64,000 nucleotides of DNA from Vulcanimicrobiota bacterium (GTDB lineage Bacteria; Vulcanimicrobiota; Vulcanimicrobiia; Vulcanimicrobiales; Vulcanimicrobiaceae). The position numbers were made by a program, and so were the translations under genes. The notes below the pieces were generated by a model. It had not been told where the DNA came from, did no database searches, and worked only from the letters and a program-made list of their open reading frames with translations. Location of the stretch: assembly GCA_963820825.1 (NCBI GenBank), contig CAWGBN010000009.1, positions 261,967 to 325,966 on the forward strand, in the 5' to 3' direction. Shown piece after piece: positions 28,902 to 40,109 of the stretch; the first letter of the stretch is position 1; every line of letters starts with the position of its first letter.

Positions 28902-30394
28902 GCGGCGGCACCCGTGGCAACGGCGATGACACGGTCCGGCGTCGCCTCGGCTCGCGCGAACTCCGCGGCGATGCGCCCGCCCCGGATGACGAGAATCCGG
29001 TGCGACATCCCCAGCACCTCCGGCAGATCGCTCGAAACCATCACGATTGCCGCGCCGCGCGCGGCGAGCTCGATCATGAGCTTGTAGATTTCGCTCTTCG
29101 CCCCAACGTCGATTCCGCGCGTCGGTTCGTCGAAGAGAAAGACGCGCGCGGCGCCAAGCAGCCACTTTGCCAGCACGACCTTCTGCTGCGTTCCACCGGA
29201 GAGGTTGCGCGCGAGTTGTTCCGTCCCCGGCGTGCGAATCTGCAGCTCGTCGATCATGCGACGGGTCGCCGCGCGCTCGCGCGCGACGCTGACGAGCTGA
29301 TCGCGGTCGACGAACTCCTCGAGATGTGCCAGCGTAACGTTCTCGCGTACCGTCATGCCGAGAACCAGGCCCTGAGCCTTGCGGTCTTCGGTAATGAAGG
29401 CAATGCCGGCCGCAATCGCCTCGCCGACCCTCCCGGCGCGCACCGGCTCGCCATCGATCGAGACCACGCCCGCGTCGATCGGATCGGCTCCCGCAATCGC
29501 GCGCAGCATCTCCGTCCGGCCGGCGCCGATGAGACCCGCGAGCCCGACGATCTCGCCGGCTCGCACCGAGAAGCTCACGTCGTTGACGATGCCGGCGCGC
29601 CGCAATCCGCGCACCTCGAGACGCGCCGGCGCTTGGGCCGGCAGGTCGGGAAGTTCGGGAAAGTGCGAAGTAAGGCGGCGTCCGACCATCGCCGCGATGA
29701 TCTCATCGGGCGAGAACTCCCGCGCGTCGCGCTTGGCGACGACTCTGCCGTCACGCAGCACGACCACCCGGTCGGCGATGCGGGGAAGTTCCTCCAGCCG
29801 ATGTGAGATGTAGATGATCCCGGCGCCGGCTGCGCGCAGCCGGCGTATGATCTCGAAGAGCCGCTCGGTCTCGCGATCCGCGAGCGCGGCGGTCGGCTCG
29901 TCCATGACGAGAATGCGCGCCGACGTTGCGAGCGACTTCGCGATTTCGACGAGCTGCTGCTGACCGACCGAGAGCCGCGAGACCGGAACGTCGAAGGGAA
30001 GCTCCAATCCGAGTTCGTCCAAGACGCGATGCGCGCGGGCGCGCACCGCCGCCAAATCGATCAGGCCGGCACGCGTCGGTTCGGCCCCGAGGCTGATGTT
30101 CGCCGGAACGCTCAACTGCGGCACCAGCGTGAACTCTTGATAGATCATGCCGATGCCGAAGTGCTGCGCCTGCTGGGGCGAATCGATGCGCACGCGCGTC
30201 CCGTCGACGTAGATCTCGCCTTCGTCGGCGGTCAGCGCGCCGGCGAGGATCTTCATCAACGTCGATTTCCCCGCCCCGTTCTCACCGACCAGCACGAGAA
30301 CTTCGCCGGCGCGAAGCTCAAGCGAAACGTCGGAGAGCGCGCGCACGCCGGGAAAACTCTTCCCGATGCCGCGCATCTCGAGCAGCGGCGTCAC
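28898..30394 (-). CDS. rbsA: Ribose-type sugar ABC transporter ATPase (tandem NBD)
   Basis: GENGAGKST, MDEPTAAL, EDRKAQGL, LSGGTQQKV and DEPTRGIDVGAK. Confidence 0.92.
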   Translation of the reverse strand: MTPLLEMRGIGKSFPGVRALSDVSLELRAGEVLVLVGENGAGKSTLMKILAGALTADEGEIYVDGTRVRIDSPQQAQHFGIGMIYQEFTLVPQLSVPANISLGAEPTRAGLIDLAAVRARAHRVLDELGLELPFDVPVSRLSVGQQQLVEIAKSLATSARILVMDEPTAALADRETERLFEIIRRLRAAGAGIIYISHRLEELPRIADRVVVLRDGRVVAKRDAREFSPDEIIAAMVGRRLTSHFPELPDLPAQAPARLEVRGLRRAGIVNDVSFSVRAGEIVGLAGLIGAGRTEMLRAIAGADPIDAGVVSIDGEPVRAGRVGEAIAAGIAFITEDRKAQGLVLGMTVRENVTLAHLEEFVDRDQLVSVARERAATRRMIDELQIRTPGTEQLARNLSGGTQQKVVLAKWLLGAARVFLFDEPTRGIDVGAKSEIYKLMIELAARGAAIVMVSSDLPEVLGMSHRILVIRGGRIAAEFARAEATPDRVIAVATGAAA

Positions 30395-30398
30395 AAGT

Positions 30399-31367
30399 CT
30401 ACGGCGACGATTGAGCGTTCGCGCGCGTAAAGCTGCCGACGTCGATCTTCACGACCGGCGGCGGCGTCTTGCCGCCAAAATATGCGTTGATCACGTCGAT
30501 CGTCGTCGCGCCGATCTTCGCCGGATACTGAATCGCATCGCCGTACATATCACCGCGCGCGATTGCCGCGCGCGCTTCGGGCGTCGCATCGTAACCGACG
30601 ATCGCGATCTCGCCGTTCAAGCCGGCGGCTTTGACCGCGGCGAGCGCACCGAGCGCCGAATCGTCGTTGATGCCGAAGACGCCTTTGAGATCGCGGTGGG
30701 CTTGCAGGATGTCGCCCGTGTCGCTGCTCGCCTTATCGCGGGTGCCACCCGAGTCGACGTCGGCGACGATCGTGACGCCGGGGCAGCGTTGCGCGAGCGC
30801 CGCTTTGAAACCCTTGACGCGGTCTTGCACGCTCGTCACTTCCGGCTCGTCGATGATCGCGACGCTTCCGTGCGATCCGACCGCCTGACAGATCAGCGTT
30901 CCGGCCTGGAATCCACCCTGCACGTTATCGCTGGCAATATGCGCGACGACGTGTCCTTGGCGGCTCGCGCTTGCAATATCGGCGGTAAAGACCGGGATGC
31001 CGGCATTGTTTGCCTCGGCTATCGCGCTGCCGATCGCTTGCGAATCGTAGGGCGTCAAGACGATTGCATCGGCGCGCTTGGAGATGAAGTCTTCGACTTG
31101 GCTCTGCTGCTTGGCGTTGTCGCGGCTGGCGTCGACGACGAGCAGCGTATACCCGTACTTGGACGCCTCGTTGCGCATCCCCGACTCCATGTCTTGATAG
31201 AATTGCGCCTCGCGGTTCTGAATCGAGACTCCGATTGTTTTGCCACCGGACGAAGCGGAGGCCGCCGGAGCCGCACTCGACTGCGACTGCGAGGTCGCGT
31301 GGGAACAGGCTGCAAGCGTGGCGCCGGCGAGAAAAAGCGTAACAACGCGAGCGAGCGCTCTTTTCAA
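30399..31367 (-). CDS. rbsB: Sugar ABC transporter substrate-binding lipoprotein
   Basis: GAAGGAG RBS and TTG 31367; LAAC lipobox; IASDNVQGG, NDDSALGA and VGYDA. Confidence 0.88.
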   Translation of the reverse strand: MKRALARVVTLFLAGATLAACSHATSQSQSSAAPAASASSGGKTIGVSIQNREAQFYQDMESGMRNEASKYGYTLLVVDASRDNAKQQSQVEDFISKRADAIVLTPYDSQAIGSAIAEANNAGIPVFTADIASASRQGHVVAHIASDNVQGGFQAGTLICQAVGSHGSVAIIDEPEVTSVQDRVKGFKAALAQRCPGVTIVADVDSGGTRDKASSDTGDILQAHRDLKGVFGINDDSALGALAAVKAAGLNGEIAIVGYDATPEARAAIARGDMYGDAIQYPAKIGATTIDVINAYFGGKTPPPVVKIDVGSFTRANAQSSP

Positions 31368-31495
31368 ATTCGTCTCCTTCGGCGATTCCGGCATAGCTGC
31401 GGTGCTTTGGGCGCCCGAAACGGACGCGCCTCTTCGAGACTGTCCACAGCCTGTGACATTAATCTTGTGCAATCTGTGGAGAACCGGCGGCTCGC

Positions 31496-32092
31496 CTAGC
31501 TCTCCGCGGCTTCGCGGCGATCGGCATCGCGCCAGCGATCGGCTAAAGGCGTGCGCGCAAGCGCCCGAGGAAATGCGCCCGCCGGGTGAAGTTCGAGCCA
31601 CGCCGCAGCACGCAATGCGAGGTATTCGAAGTCATGGTACTGCGCCTCGCCGCGCAGCCGGCGCAGGATCGCGATCGCCGGCGATACTTGCTTCCAGCAG
31701 TGAACGATTAAGCGGCCAAAGAGGTCCAAGAAGGGGTCTTCCGGGACGAGTCCCCGTTTGAGGAGCGTACCCATCTGGTTGAGCCAGTTGCAAGCGACCA
31801 TCTCCGGGTGGGCCGCCGGATCGACGAATCCGATCCTCTCGAGCTCGCGGCGGTAAGCCGGATCCTCCAGCCGCTGCGGCAGTTGCTCTTGAATGTAGGT
31901 CAATGCGGCTTGCAGTTCCGGGTCGCGGAAGTTGCGTTCCAAGGAGAGCAGAGCCTCAAGTTCGTTTCCCGCACGAATGTGCCGTAACTGGATCACCGCT
32001 GCGACGACGCTGATCAAAATCACGATCATCGTACCGGTTTCCGCAAAGGCGCTTAAGTCGGCGGCGCTCGTCGCGTTCATGCTCCCCGTCAT
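31496..32092 (-). CDS. DUF4760-like membrane-anchored protein
   Basis: N-terminal TM ending in QLR; N..NQMGTLLKRGL and FEYLA pattern. Confidence 0.6.
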   Translation of the reverse strand: MTGSMNATSAADLSAFAETGTMIVILISVVAAVIQLRHIRAGNELEALLSLERNFRDPELQAALTYIQEQLPQRLEDPAYRRELERIGFVDPAAHPEMVACNWLNQMGTLLKRGLVPEDPFLDLFGRLIVHCWKQVSPAIAILRRLRGEAQYHDFEYLALRAAAWLELHPAGAFPRALARTPLADRWRDADRREAAES

Positions 32093-32164
32093 TCTTGACG
32101 CGCACTGCGGAGCCTGTCCTCAACCCCTCTAGACAATCCCGGTCCAACGCGCAGAGGTACGTGG

Positions 32165-33700
32165 ATGCTCTCCGTCGCCTTCTCCGCCGCGATGCTCGGC
32201 ATCGAGGGCTACGTCGTACGCGTCGAAGCCGACAGCGCGGCCGGACTGCCGCATTTTGCAATTATCGGTCTCCCCGATCGCGCGTTGGGTGAAGCTCGAG
32301 AACGCGTGCGGGCGGCGATCCTCAACTCGGGATTCGCCTACCCGGCCGGCCGGCTTCTCGTCAATCTCTCTCCGGCCGACGTCCGCAAGGCCGGGCCGGC
32401 CTTCGATCTCGCGATCGCGCTCGCGCTGATCGGAATCGACGAACAGGTCGAGCGCACCGCGTTGCACGAGTTCATCGCGCTCGGCGAACTGGCATTGGAC
32501 GGCCAGCTCCAACCGGTCAGCGGCATCCTTCCGATGGTGCTGGGTGCGCGCAAATCCGGCTTCACGAAACTCATCGTTCCGGCGCGCAACGCCGACGAAG
32601 CCGCACTCGTTGCCGGCATCGAGCTCTACGCCGTCGATTCGTTGCGCGCGGCGGTTGCGGTGCTCGCCGGTCACGGTGCAAAATGGCGGCAGCGAACCGC
32701 CGCACCGGAGCTCGAACCCGACGACGAACTCGTCCACGGCGATCTCTGCGACGTGCGCGGACAGGTTGCGCCGAAGCGGGCGCTCGAGATCGCGGCCGCG
32801 GGCGGTCATAACCTGCTGCTCGTCGGCCCGCCCGGTTGCGGAAAGACGATGCTCGCGCGACGCTTACCATCGATTCTTCCGGCGATGTCGCTGCACGAAG
32901 CGCTCGACGTGACGAAAATCTACAGCGTCGCGGGATTGCTGGTCGGAAGCGCGGGCATCGTGCGCGCGCGGCCGTTTCGCTTTCCGCATCATACGATCAG
33001 CCAGACCGCACTCGTCGGCGGCGGCGCGCTGGTCAAGCCTGGTGAGATTTCGCTCGCGCATCACGGCGTGCTCTTTCTCGACGAGCTGCCGGAGTTCACG
33101 CGCAGTGCAATTGAGGTCATGCGGCAGCCGCTCGAGGAAGGCACGGTGACGATCGCGCGCGCGGCCGGAACGTTTACCTATCCCGCGCGCTTCCAGCTCG
33201 TCGCCTCGATGAATCCCTGTCCGTGCGGTTACCGCGGTACGCGCAGCGTCGAATGCCGGTGCGACGATGCGATGGTTGCAAAGTACGTCAGCAAACTCTC
33301 GGGCCCGCTGCTCGACCGGATCGACCTGCAGATCGAGATCGCACGCGTGCCGTTCGACGATATGGTGCGCTACGACGGCGCGGAACGTTCGGCAATCATT
33401 CGCGAGCGCGTCGTCGCCGCGCGCGCACGCCAGCGCCTTCGTTTGGCTGAGACGCCGCTCGCCTGCAACGCCGAGATTCCGGGAAATGCGATGCGCCGGT
33501 ACTGCTCGCTCGACGAGCCGGCGATGCGATTGCTGGCGCACGCAAGCGCGAAACGCCAGTTCTCGGCGCGCGCGCTCGACCGGATCGCCCGTGTGGCGCG
33601 GACGATCGCCGACTTGAGCGGCGATGAAGCGATTCGCGCCGAGCACGTTGCCGAGGCGATCCGCTATCGCAGCTTGGAGAGGCTGGGGGCGGCGGCATAA
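32165..33700 (+). CDS. comM: YifB/ComM family Mg-chelatase-like AAA+ ATPase
   Basis: IGLPD..EARERVR, NLSPAD..K.G..FDL, GPPGCGKT, LDELPEF, MNPCPCG and SGPLLDRID. Confidence 0.94.
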   Translation: MLSVAFSAAMLGIEGYVVRVEADSAAGLPHFAIIGLPDRALGEARERVRAAILNSGFAYPAGRLLVNLSPADVRKAGPAFDLAIALALIGIDEQVERTALHEFIALGELALDGQLQPVSGILPMVLGARKSGFTKLIVPARNADEAALVAGIELYAVDSLRAAVAVLAGHGAKWRQRTAAPELEPDDELVHGDLCDVRGQVAPKRALEIAAAGGHNLLLVGPPGCGKTMLARRLPSILPAMSLHEALDVTKIYSVAGLLVGSAGIVRARPFRFPHHTISQTALVGGGALVKPGEISLAHHGVLFLDELPEFTRSAIEVMRQPLEEGTVTIARAAGTFTYPARFQLVASMNPCPCGYRGTRSVECRCDDAMVAKYVSKLSGPLLDRIDLQIEIARVPFDDMVRYDGAERSAIIRERVVAARARQRLRLAETPLACNAEIPGNAMRRYCSLDEPAMRLLAHASAKRQFSARALDRIARVARTIADLSGDEAIRAEHVAEAIRYRSLERLGAAA

Positions 33701-33714
33701 CGTAACAGCGCACG

Positions 33715-36700
33715 GTGCGACGCGTCGCTCTCCTTCTCGCCGGCTGCATCGCGTGCGTCCCCGCATGGGCCGCCGCGGCCTCGTCGCACGCACCGACCGC
33801 GCTCGTCGACACCTTCATCGGAACCTCGGGCACGCCGGCGGGCGGCCCGATCGATACCTTTCCCGGTGCCGACCTGCCGTTCGGAATGGTTCAATGGAGC
33901 CCCGACACGCCATCACAGAATGCCGGCGGCGGTTACGAATACACCGATCGCGAGATCACCGGCTTTAGCCTCACGCATCTCAGCGGCCCCGGGTGCAACG
34001 TCTTCGGCGACTTCGGCGTGCTGCCGGTCGCCGGTGCGATTCCGAACGATCCCGCAGCAGCACGCGAACCCTTCTCGCACGCGACCGAGGAGAGCGCGCC
34101 GGGGTGGTACGCGGTATCGCTCGGCACGCCGCCGGTCCGCGCCGAGCTGAGCGTCACGCCGCGCACCGGCATCGGCCGGTTTACTTTTCCGCCGTCCGCC
34201 GCGGCGAGTCTGCTCTTCAACGTTGCCTCGAATCAGGCAGGCGTTACCGACGCACGCGTCCGCATCGATTCGCCGACCGAGCTCTCCGGCTCGGCCTCGA
34301 GCGGATTCTTCTGCGGCATGCCCGATCGCTACACCGTCTACTTCATCGCCCGGTTCAACCGCGCGTTCGCCGCGTACGGAACCTGGAGCGGCAAGCAGCT
34401 CTCGCCCGGGTCGAACGTCGCGCAAGGTCCGCAAAGCGGCGCGTGGGTGAGCTTTGACACGATCCGCGCGCCCCGCGTCGCCATGAAGGTGGGAGTATCG
34501 TTCGTCGACGCGGCCGGCGCGCGCGCGAACCTCGATGCGGAGAGCAATGGCTGGGACCCGATCGCCGCGCGCAACCACGCGACCGAGGTCTGGAACGGCA
34601 TGCTCGAGCGCATTTCGATTTCGGGCGGCACGTCCGACGAGCAGCGCACGTTCTACACCGCGCTCTACCACACGCTGCTCCATCCCAATCTCATCAGCGA
34701 CGTTACCGGACTCTACCGCGGCTACGACAACCGCGTTCACCGCGTGCGCGCCGGGCACGCGGAGTACGCGAACTACTCGGACTGGGACATCTATCGAACG
34801 GAGGCGCCGCTGTTGGGCCTGCTCGCACCGGGCGAGACGAGCGATATGATGCAATCGCTCGTCGATGCCGCTCGACAGGAGGGCGGCTGGCTTCCGCGGT
34901 GGGCGCTCGTCAACGGTCCGACCAGTGTGATGGGCGGCGATTCGATCGATCCGGTCATCGCTGCAGCCGTTGCCTTCGGCGCACGCGACTTCGACGCGCG
35001 GGCCGCGCTCGCGGCGATGGTCAAGGGCGCGACGACGACCGACGGCCCACCTGGGCAAGGCTGGTATATCCCGCGCTGGGAGCTCAACGACGATTACCTG
35101 CGGCGTGGTTACGTAGTCAACACGCATACCACTTCGGTCGCTCCCGGTCCCAACGGTGCATCGGAGACGCTCGAGTATGCGCTCGACGATTTCTCGATCG
35201 CCCGCGTCGCTTTGGCGCTGCACGATCTGCAGACATACGCTGCGTTCATGCGCCGGTCGGCGAACTGGATGATGCTCTTCGATAGCGCAACCGCTTCGAT
35301 CGTGCCGCGCGATAGCGAGGGTGCGTTCATGCAGACGGCGATCGATGAGAACGGGCAGAGCGGTTTTCAAGAGGGAAACGCCGCGCAGTATACGTGGATG
35401 ATTCCGCAGGATCTGCGCGATTTGGTCGCCGCGATGGGCGGCGCCCCGGCGGCCGCGGCGAAGCTCGACGAGTTCTTCACCAAACTCGACGCCGGACAAG
35501 ACAAACCGTATGCGTGGCTGGGAAACGAGCCGAGTCTCGGCTCGCCGTGGGTCTATCTCACCGCCGGCGCTCCGTGGCGCGCACAAACGATCGTACGCCA
35601 AGCACTCACGACGCTCTACGGCGACCGGCCCGACGGCCTTCCCGGAAACGACGACCTCGGAACGATGAGCGCGTGGTACGTCTGGTGCGCGATCGGCCTC
35701 TATCCGCAGAATCCCGCGGTGCGCTACTTCGACGTCGGAACGCCCCTCTTCACCGCAGTAACGCTCCGGGCACCCGGCGGACCGACGATCGAGATCGCTT
35801 CGCCGCACAGCTCCGACGAAAATCCGTACGTGCATTCTCTGCGCGTCGACGGGGCCGCGAGCGATCGCTCGTGGCTCGCGCTTCCGATGCGCGGCTCCGT
35901 TCGGCTCGACGTCGCGGCCGGCGCGCAGCCGAATCCGCGATGGGCGAGCGCCTCCTCCGCGGCACCGCCCTCGTTTGACAACACGCCGCTGACACTGCCG
36001 CCATCGACGGCCGCCGCCTTCGACCCCGCCGCAGTGAACGTTCGCATCGCGCCGGGCAGCGACGCGGCGGTGCATTTCGAGATCTCTAATCGGAGCGGGA
36101 AGACGAGCGCGACCGTGACGTGGCGCGCAGTGCTTCCCGCTTCGCTTCATCTCGACGTCGCCGGCGGTCGCGCAAATCTCGCGGCCGCCGCGAGCGAGAA
36201 CGTTACGCTGCGCCTCTCCGCCGATTCGGGGCTCGCGGCGGGATACTACGCGGCGCGCATCGAGGGTGTCGCTGCAAACGGCGCGCTCCTCGCGCATCTC
36301 CCCCTCACCGTTCGCGTCACGCGCACAGGCGAGCACCTACAGCTCGCCTACGCCGAGAACTTCTTCGGCAACAGCGTTACGCCGATCGATCTCGCCACCG
36401 GAGTAGCGGCCCCGGAGATTCACGTCGGTGAAGAGCCGCGCGACGCCGCGATCAGCCCCGACGGCACGCGGCTCTACGTTGCGAACTTGGGCGCAGGCAC
36501 GATCAGCGTCGTGGATACGGAGGCACAGCGTACGATCGCCGACGTCAAAGTCGGATCGTCGCCCAACGGCCTCGCGCTAAGCGATGACGGCAAGACGCTC
36601 TGGGTCGCAAACGCCGACGACGCAACGGTGCAGTCGATCGACACGCGATCGCTCGCTGCCGCGCCGCCGATCTCCGCCGGAAGAACGCCGCGCGTCATCG

Positions 36701-37216
36701 CGATCGCGCCCGGCGGCGCAATGCTCTACGTGAGCAATCAGGGCTCGAATACGATCACCCCGGTCGACCTGCGCTCGCGCAGCGCGCAGCCTGCGATTGC
36801 CGTCGGCGCGCGCCCGACCGGTCTAGCGGTAACGCCCGATGGCAAGCGGCTCTACGTCGCGGAGAGCGCCGAGAACGACGTCCGCGCGATCGACCTTCGC
36901 AGCGGACGAACGCTCGCGCGAATTTCCGACTGGAGTCGATCCGATGCGCGTCGCGATTTCCCCCGACGGCCGAGCTGCTTACGTGACCAACTATGCCAAC
37001 TCGACGATCACGCCGATCGATCTGCGACTCGACATCGCGGCGCCGCCGATCGAGGTGGGCGGCGCACCCTACGGCATCGGCATCTCCTCCGACGGACGCG
37101 TGGCCGCGATCGTCTCGCATCGCGACAATTCGTGCGTTCTGCTCTACCTCGGCAGCGGGCGCGTCAGCCGGCCGATTCCGCTGGGAAGCGGCCCGTATAC
37201 GATTAGCGTGCCTTAA
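33715..37216 (+). CDS. Secreted GH92 alpha-mannosidase with Ig-like and C-terminal YVTN/YncE beta-propeller; frameshift near 36925
   Basis: Signal peptide, PFGMVQWSPDT, THLSGPGC, FYTALYH, WDIYRT, TLEYALDD, EGN, GNEPS and PGNDDLGTMSAWY; repeated SPDG.RLYV blades continue in ORF 36839-37216. Confidence 0.88.
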
Positions 37217-38073
37217 GCACTCGACGTTCCGGCGGCGTCGAGCTCCGGAACCGCGTCGCCGTCGAGAAAGACGCGCAACTCGCGCGGCGAGAACTGCAAG
37301 CCCGCCCAGAAGGCGCCAAAGTCGCCGTAGCGGGCGCTGGCCTCGTCGAATCGCATCTCGTAGATGAGCTTCTTAAAGACGAGCGGATCGTCGGCATAGA
37401 GATCGACGCCCCACTCGAAATCGTCGAAACCGATCGAGCCGGAGATGACTTGCGTAACGCGGCCGTGGTACGAGCGGCCGACGACTCCGTGTTCGCTCAT
37501 CATCTTCGCGCGCGCTTCGAAACCCAGGATGTACCAGTTCTGGACCTCGCCGCGACGTTTGCTCATCGGATAGAAGCATTGGTAGCGCCGCGGCGGAATC
37601 TTCGCCCATAGGCGCGGCCCAATATACGGGCTCTCGGCCTGCTTGCGCACGAGCTCGTCGAAGCCGGCGATCCATTCGGGCGACTGCGGTGCGAGGCCGC
37701 GTTGACTCAACTCGGCGTGAATCTTTCCGGTCGCGTCGTAGAGACCGAGCTCCAAGACCGAGACGTACGAGCCCTGCGGCGCGAGAAACTCGCGCAGCTC
37801 GAGCTTGTCGACCAGCGTCTGCGCGTAGGCGAGACCGTCGAAGGTGCGCGCGTAGTGGGTGAGCATGAGATCGCCCTTATGCCCGACGACTTGGGTGAGA
37901 CCGACGTCGCCGTCGTCGTTGCCTTTGAGGTGATCGACGAGGTCGGCGGCATGTCCGGCATATTTGTCGCGCCGCTTCTCCGGGAGCGCATCCCACCGGC
38001 GGCGATTGAACGAAAAAATGCGGTGGAGAATCCACCAGCCTTCGAGCGATTCGGGAACGTTCGGGTCGCGCAT
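37213..38073 (-). CDS. chdC: Coproheme decarboxylase (hydrogen peroxide-dependent heme synthase)
   Basis: GHKGDLML, SYVSVLEL, FYPMSKRR...NWY, EHG..GR.Y, GFDDFEWGV and EMRFDEASARYGDFG. Confidence 0.9.
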   Translation of the reverse strand: MRDPNVPESLEGWWILHRIFSFNRRRWDALPEKRRDKYAGHAADLVDHLKGNDDGDVGLTQVVGHKGDLMLTHYARTFDGLAYAQTLVDKLELREFLAPQGSYVSVLELGLYDATGKIHAELSQRGLAPQSPEWIAGFDELVRKQAESPYIGPRLWAKIPPRRYQCFYPMSKRRGEVQNWYILGFEARAKMMSEHGVVGRSYHGRVTQVISGSIGFDDFEWGVDLYADDPLVFKKLIYEMRFDEASARYGDFGAFWAGLQFSPRELRVFLDGDAVPELDAAGTSSA

Positions 38074-38092
38074 AACCTCCGGCGCTAGCGGT

Positions 38093-39070
38093 TCACTTTA
38101 GTGCGCCAATACTTTTCGCGCGTTTCACCTCGGCTTCGACTTCGGCCTCCAGCCGGTCGGGGTGCTCGCGGTACTTCGCCCAGAGCGGCGGGGTGTGCGC
38201 GATATCGTCGAGCACGCGCGCGTAGACCGCATTGACCGGCGTCGGTACGCGCAGCTCGAGACCGGCGGCGGCGACGGCGCCGTTGAGCACGTCGACTTCC
38301 GTTTGGGGCTTGGCACGGCGCAGGTCGAGCAGCAACGACGGCGGCTTGGTGCCGCGCGCACCGGCAATGCTGTGCGCGAGGAGCGTTCGCGAGAGAGGGC
38401 TCGGCAGCGCGGCGACGCCGAAGAGCGCGCGCACCGGATAGCGCGGCAGATCGATGGGGACGACGTGCAGCGCCTGCATGACGGCGCGCACTTCGCGGAT
38501 CATGCGGATCTCCAGCGTGAAGATCTTGTCGAAGTGGACGAAGCGGTTCGGCAGAACGTTGAGAATCGCGCAGCTTGCGTTCGCGACGACGTTGAGCGCA
38601 AGCTTGCTCCATTTCAGCGCGCGCCAATCCTCGACGACCTTTACCGTCAAACCCGTGCCGGCAAAGGTCGCTGCGAGCCAATTGTAAGCGTTGGCGCCGA
38701 TCGGCGCCAGGGCTAAGCCGCCTTCCTTGGCGGGCCGCGCGTTTCCGTCGCGATCGCGGTCGATCGGCGTCGTGAGCGCTGCGGCGACGACGTTGTCGGC
38801 GCCGAACGCCGCGGCAAGCCGCTCTTCGTTCCCGACGCCATTCTGCGGTGAAACGAAGACGCACTTCTGCGGAGAGACGATCGCCTTGCGCAACGTCTCG
38901 ACCGCGCCTTCGGTATCGTACGCTTTGGTCGCGACGAGTGCGATGTCGGCATCGTACGGGCGCACCTCGTCGAGCCGTCGCGGTGCGTATGCAACGTCGA
39001 CGCCGATCGCGCGAAGCAGGTCGCCCAGATACGTGCCGACGGCGCCCTTGCCGACGATGTAGACGTTCAC
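38093..39070 (-). CDS. panE: 2-dehydropantoate 2-reductase family protein
   Basis: GKGAVG, TKAYD, QNGVG, WSKLALN, SLLLD and EVDVLNGAV. Confidence 0.85.
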   Translation of the reverse strand: MNVYIVGKGAVGTYLGDLLRAIGVDVAYAPRRLDEVRPYDADIALVATKAYDTEGAVETLRKAIVSPQKCVFVSPQNGVGNEERLAAAFGADNVVAAALTTPIDRDRDGNARPAKEGGLALAPIGANAYNWLAATFAGTGLTVKVVEDWRALKWSKLALNVVANASCAILNVLPNRFVHFDKIFTLEIRMIREVRAVMQALHVVPIDLPRYPVRALFGVAALPSPLSRTLLAHSIAGARGTKPPSLLLDLRRAKPQTEVDVLNGAVAAAGLELRVPTPVNAVYARVLDDIAHTPPLWAKYREHPDRLEAEVEAEVKRAKSIGALK

Positions 39071-39522
39071 GAAGAGAGCCCGGTCGAACCGAATCCGCCG
39101 TCGCCGCGCTGCGTTGCGGGGAGTTCGTCGACGATCTCAAACGTAGCGCGCACCACCGGTGCGACGACGATCTGCGCGATCCGGTCGCCGCGGCGAACGA
39201 CAAAGGGCTCGGTGCCGAAGTTTGCGAGCACGACCTGGACTTCGCCGCGATAATCGGCGTCGATGGTACCCGGCGAGTTCAAACAGGTGACGCCGTTACG
39301 GATCGCCAGACCGCTGCGCGGCCGAACCTGCGCTTCGTACCCCGGCGGCAGAGCGATCGAGAAGCCGGTCGGAACGAGCGCGCGCCCGCCCGGGAGCAGC
39401 GTCAGCTGTTCGGCAACGGCGGCATGGAGATCCGCGCCCGATGCATGCGCGCTCATATATCCGGGGATCGGCAATCCTTCGCCCTGCGGCAGACGCTGGA
39501 GGGCGACGCGCACGTTTTGCAT
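39067..39522 (-). CDS. dut: dUTP diphosphatase
   Basis: [27 protein letters not shown] and [10 protein letters not shown]. Confidence 0.96.
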   Translation of the reverse strand: MQNVRVALQRLPQGEGLPIPGYMSAHASGADLHAAVAEQLTLLPGGRALVPTGFSIALPPGYEAQVRPRSGLAIRNGVTCLNSPGTIDADYRGEVQVVLANFGTEPFVVRRGDRIAQIVVAPVVRATFEIVDELPATQRGDGGFGSTGLSS

Positions 39523-39536
39523 TCGCTACTGGGATA

Positions 39537-39980
39537 CTAGAGCTGCGCCAGCTCTTCCCGGAAACTCTCGATATCGCGAAACGAGCGATAGACGCTCGCG
39601 AAACGGATATACGCCACGGGGTCGAGCGCTCGCAGGGCCTCCATCAGCTTCTCGCCGACGAGCGTCGAGGCGACCTCGCTCTCACCGCGGGCAAAGAGCT
39701 CGCGTTCGAGATCGGCGGCGACGGCTTCCATACGGGCTTCGGAGATCGGGCGCTTCTCGCACGCCTTGCGCAAACCGGCCAAAATCTTCTCGCGGCTATA
39801 CTGCTCGCGGCGTCCATCCTTCTTGACGACGAAGAGGCGGGGCACTTCCATTCGCTCGTAGGTCGTGAAACGGTGCTTGCAGCGCGGATCCAAACACTCG
39901 CGCCGGCGGCGAACGACGGTCTCGTCGTCGCGTGAATCTACGACTCGCGTCTCACTCTTGCGACAGGTCGGGCAAGTCAG
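39537..39980 (-). CDS. nrdR: Transcriptional repressor NrdR (probable CTG start)
   Basis: CPTC, VVDSR, RRRREC, RFTTYE, ATP-cone and DPVAYIRFASVYRSF; GGAGAGG RBS 7 nt before CTG. Confidence 0.93.
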   Translation of the reverse strand: MTCPTCRKSETRVVDSRDDETVVRRRRECLDPRCKHRFTTYERMEVPRLFVVKKDGRREQYSREKILAGLRKACEKRPISEARMEAVAADLERELFARGESEVASTLVGEKLMEALRALDPVAYIRFASVYRSFRDIESFREELAQL

Positions 39981-40109
39981 CGGTAACCCTCTCCCCACGG
40001 CATATCTTGTGGGTGCACGTATTATACGTCACTATGGGTGGGTAACGCAAAAAGCCCCAACGCGTTTGCATGCGTTGGGACCCTGCGCCGACGTACGCCG
40101 TGCTCGCGC

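Noticed and set aside
33913..36336. 807 aa minus-strand ORF and similar long antisense ORFs (44807..46594, 15555..16982, 54587..55948)
   Set aside because: These are shadow ORFs opposite well-supported genes in high-GC DNA and have no motifs of their own.
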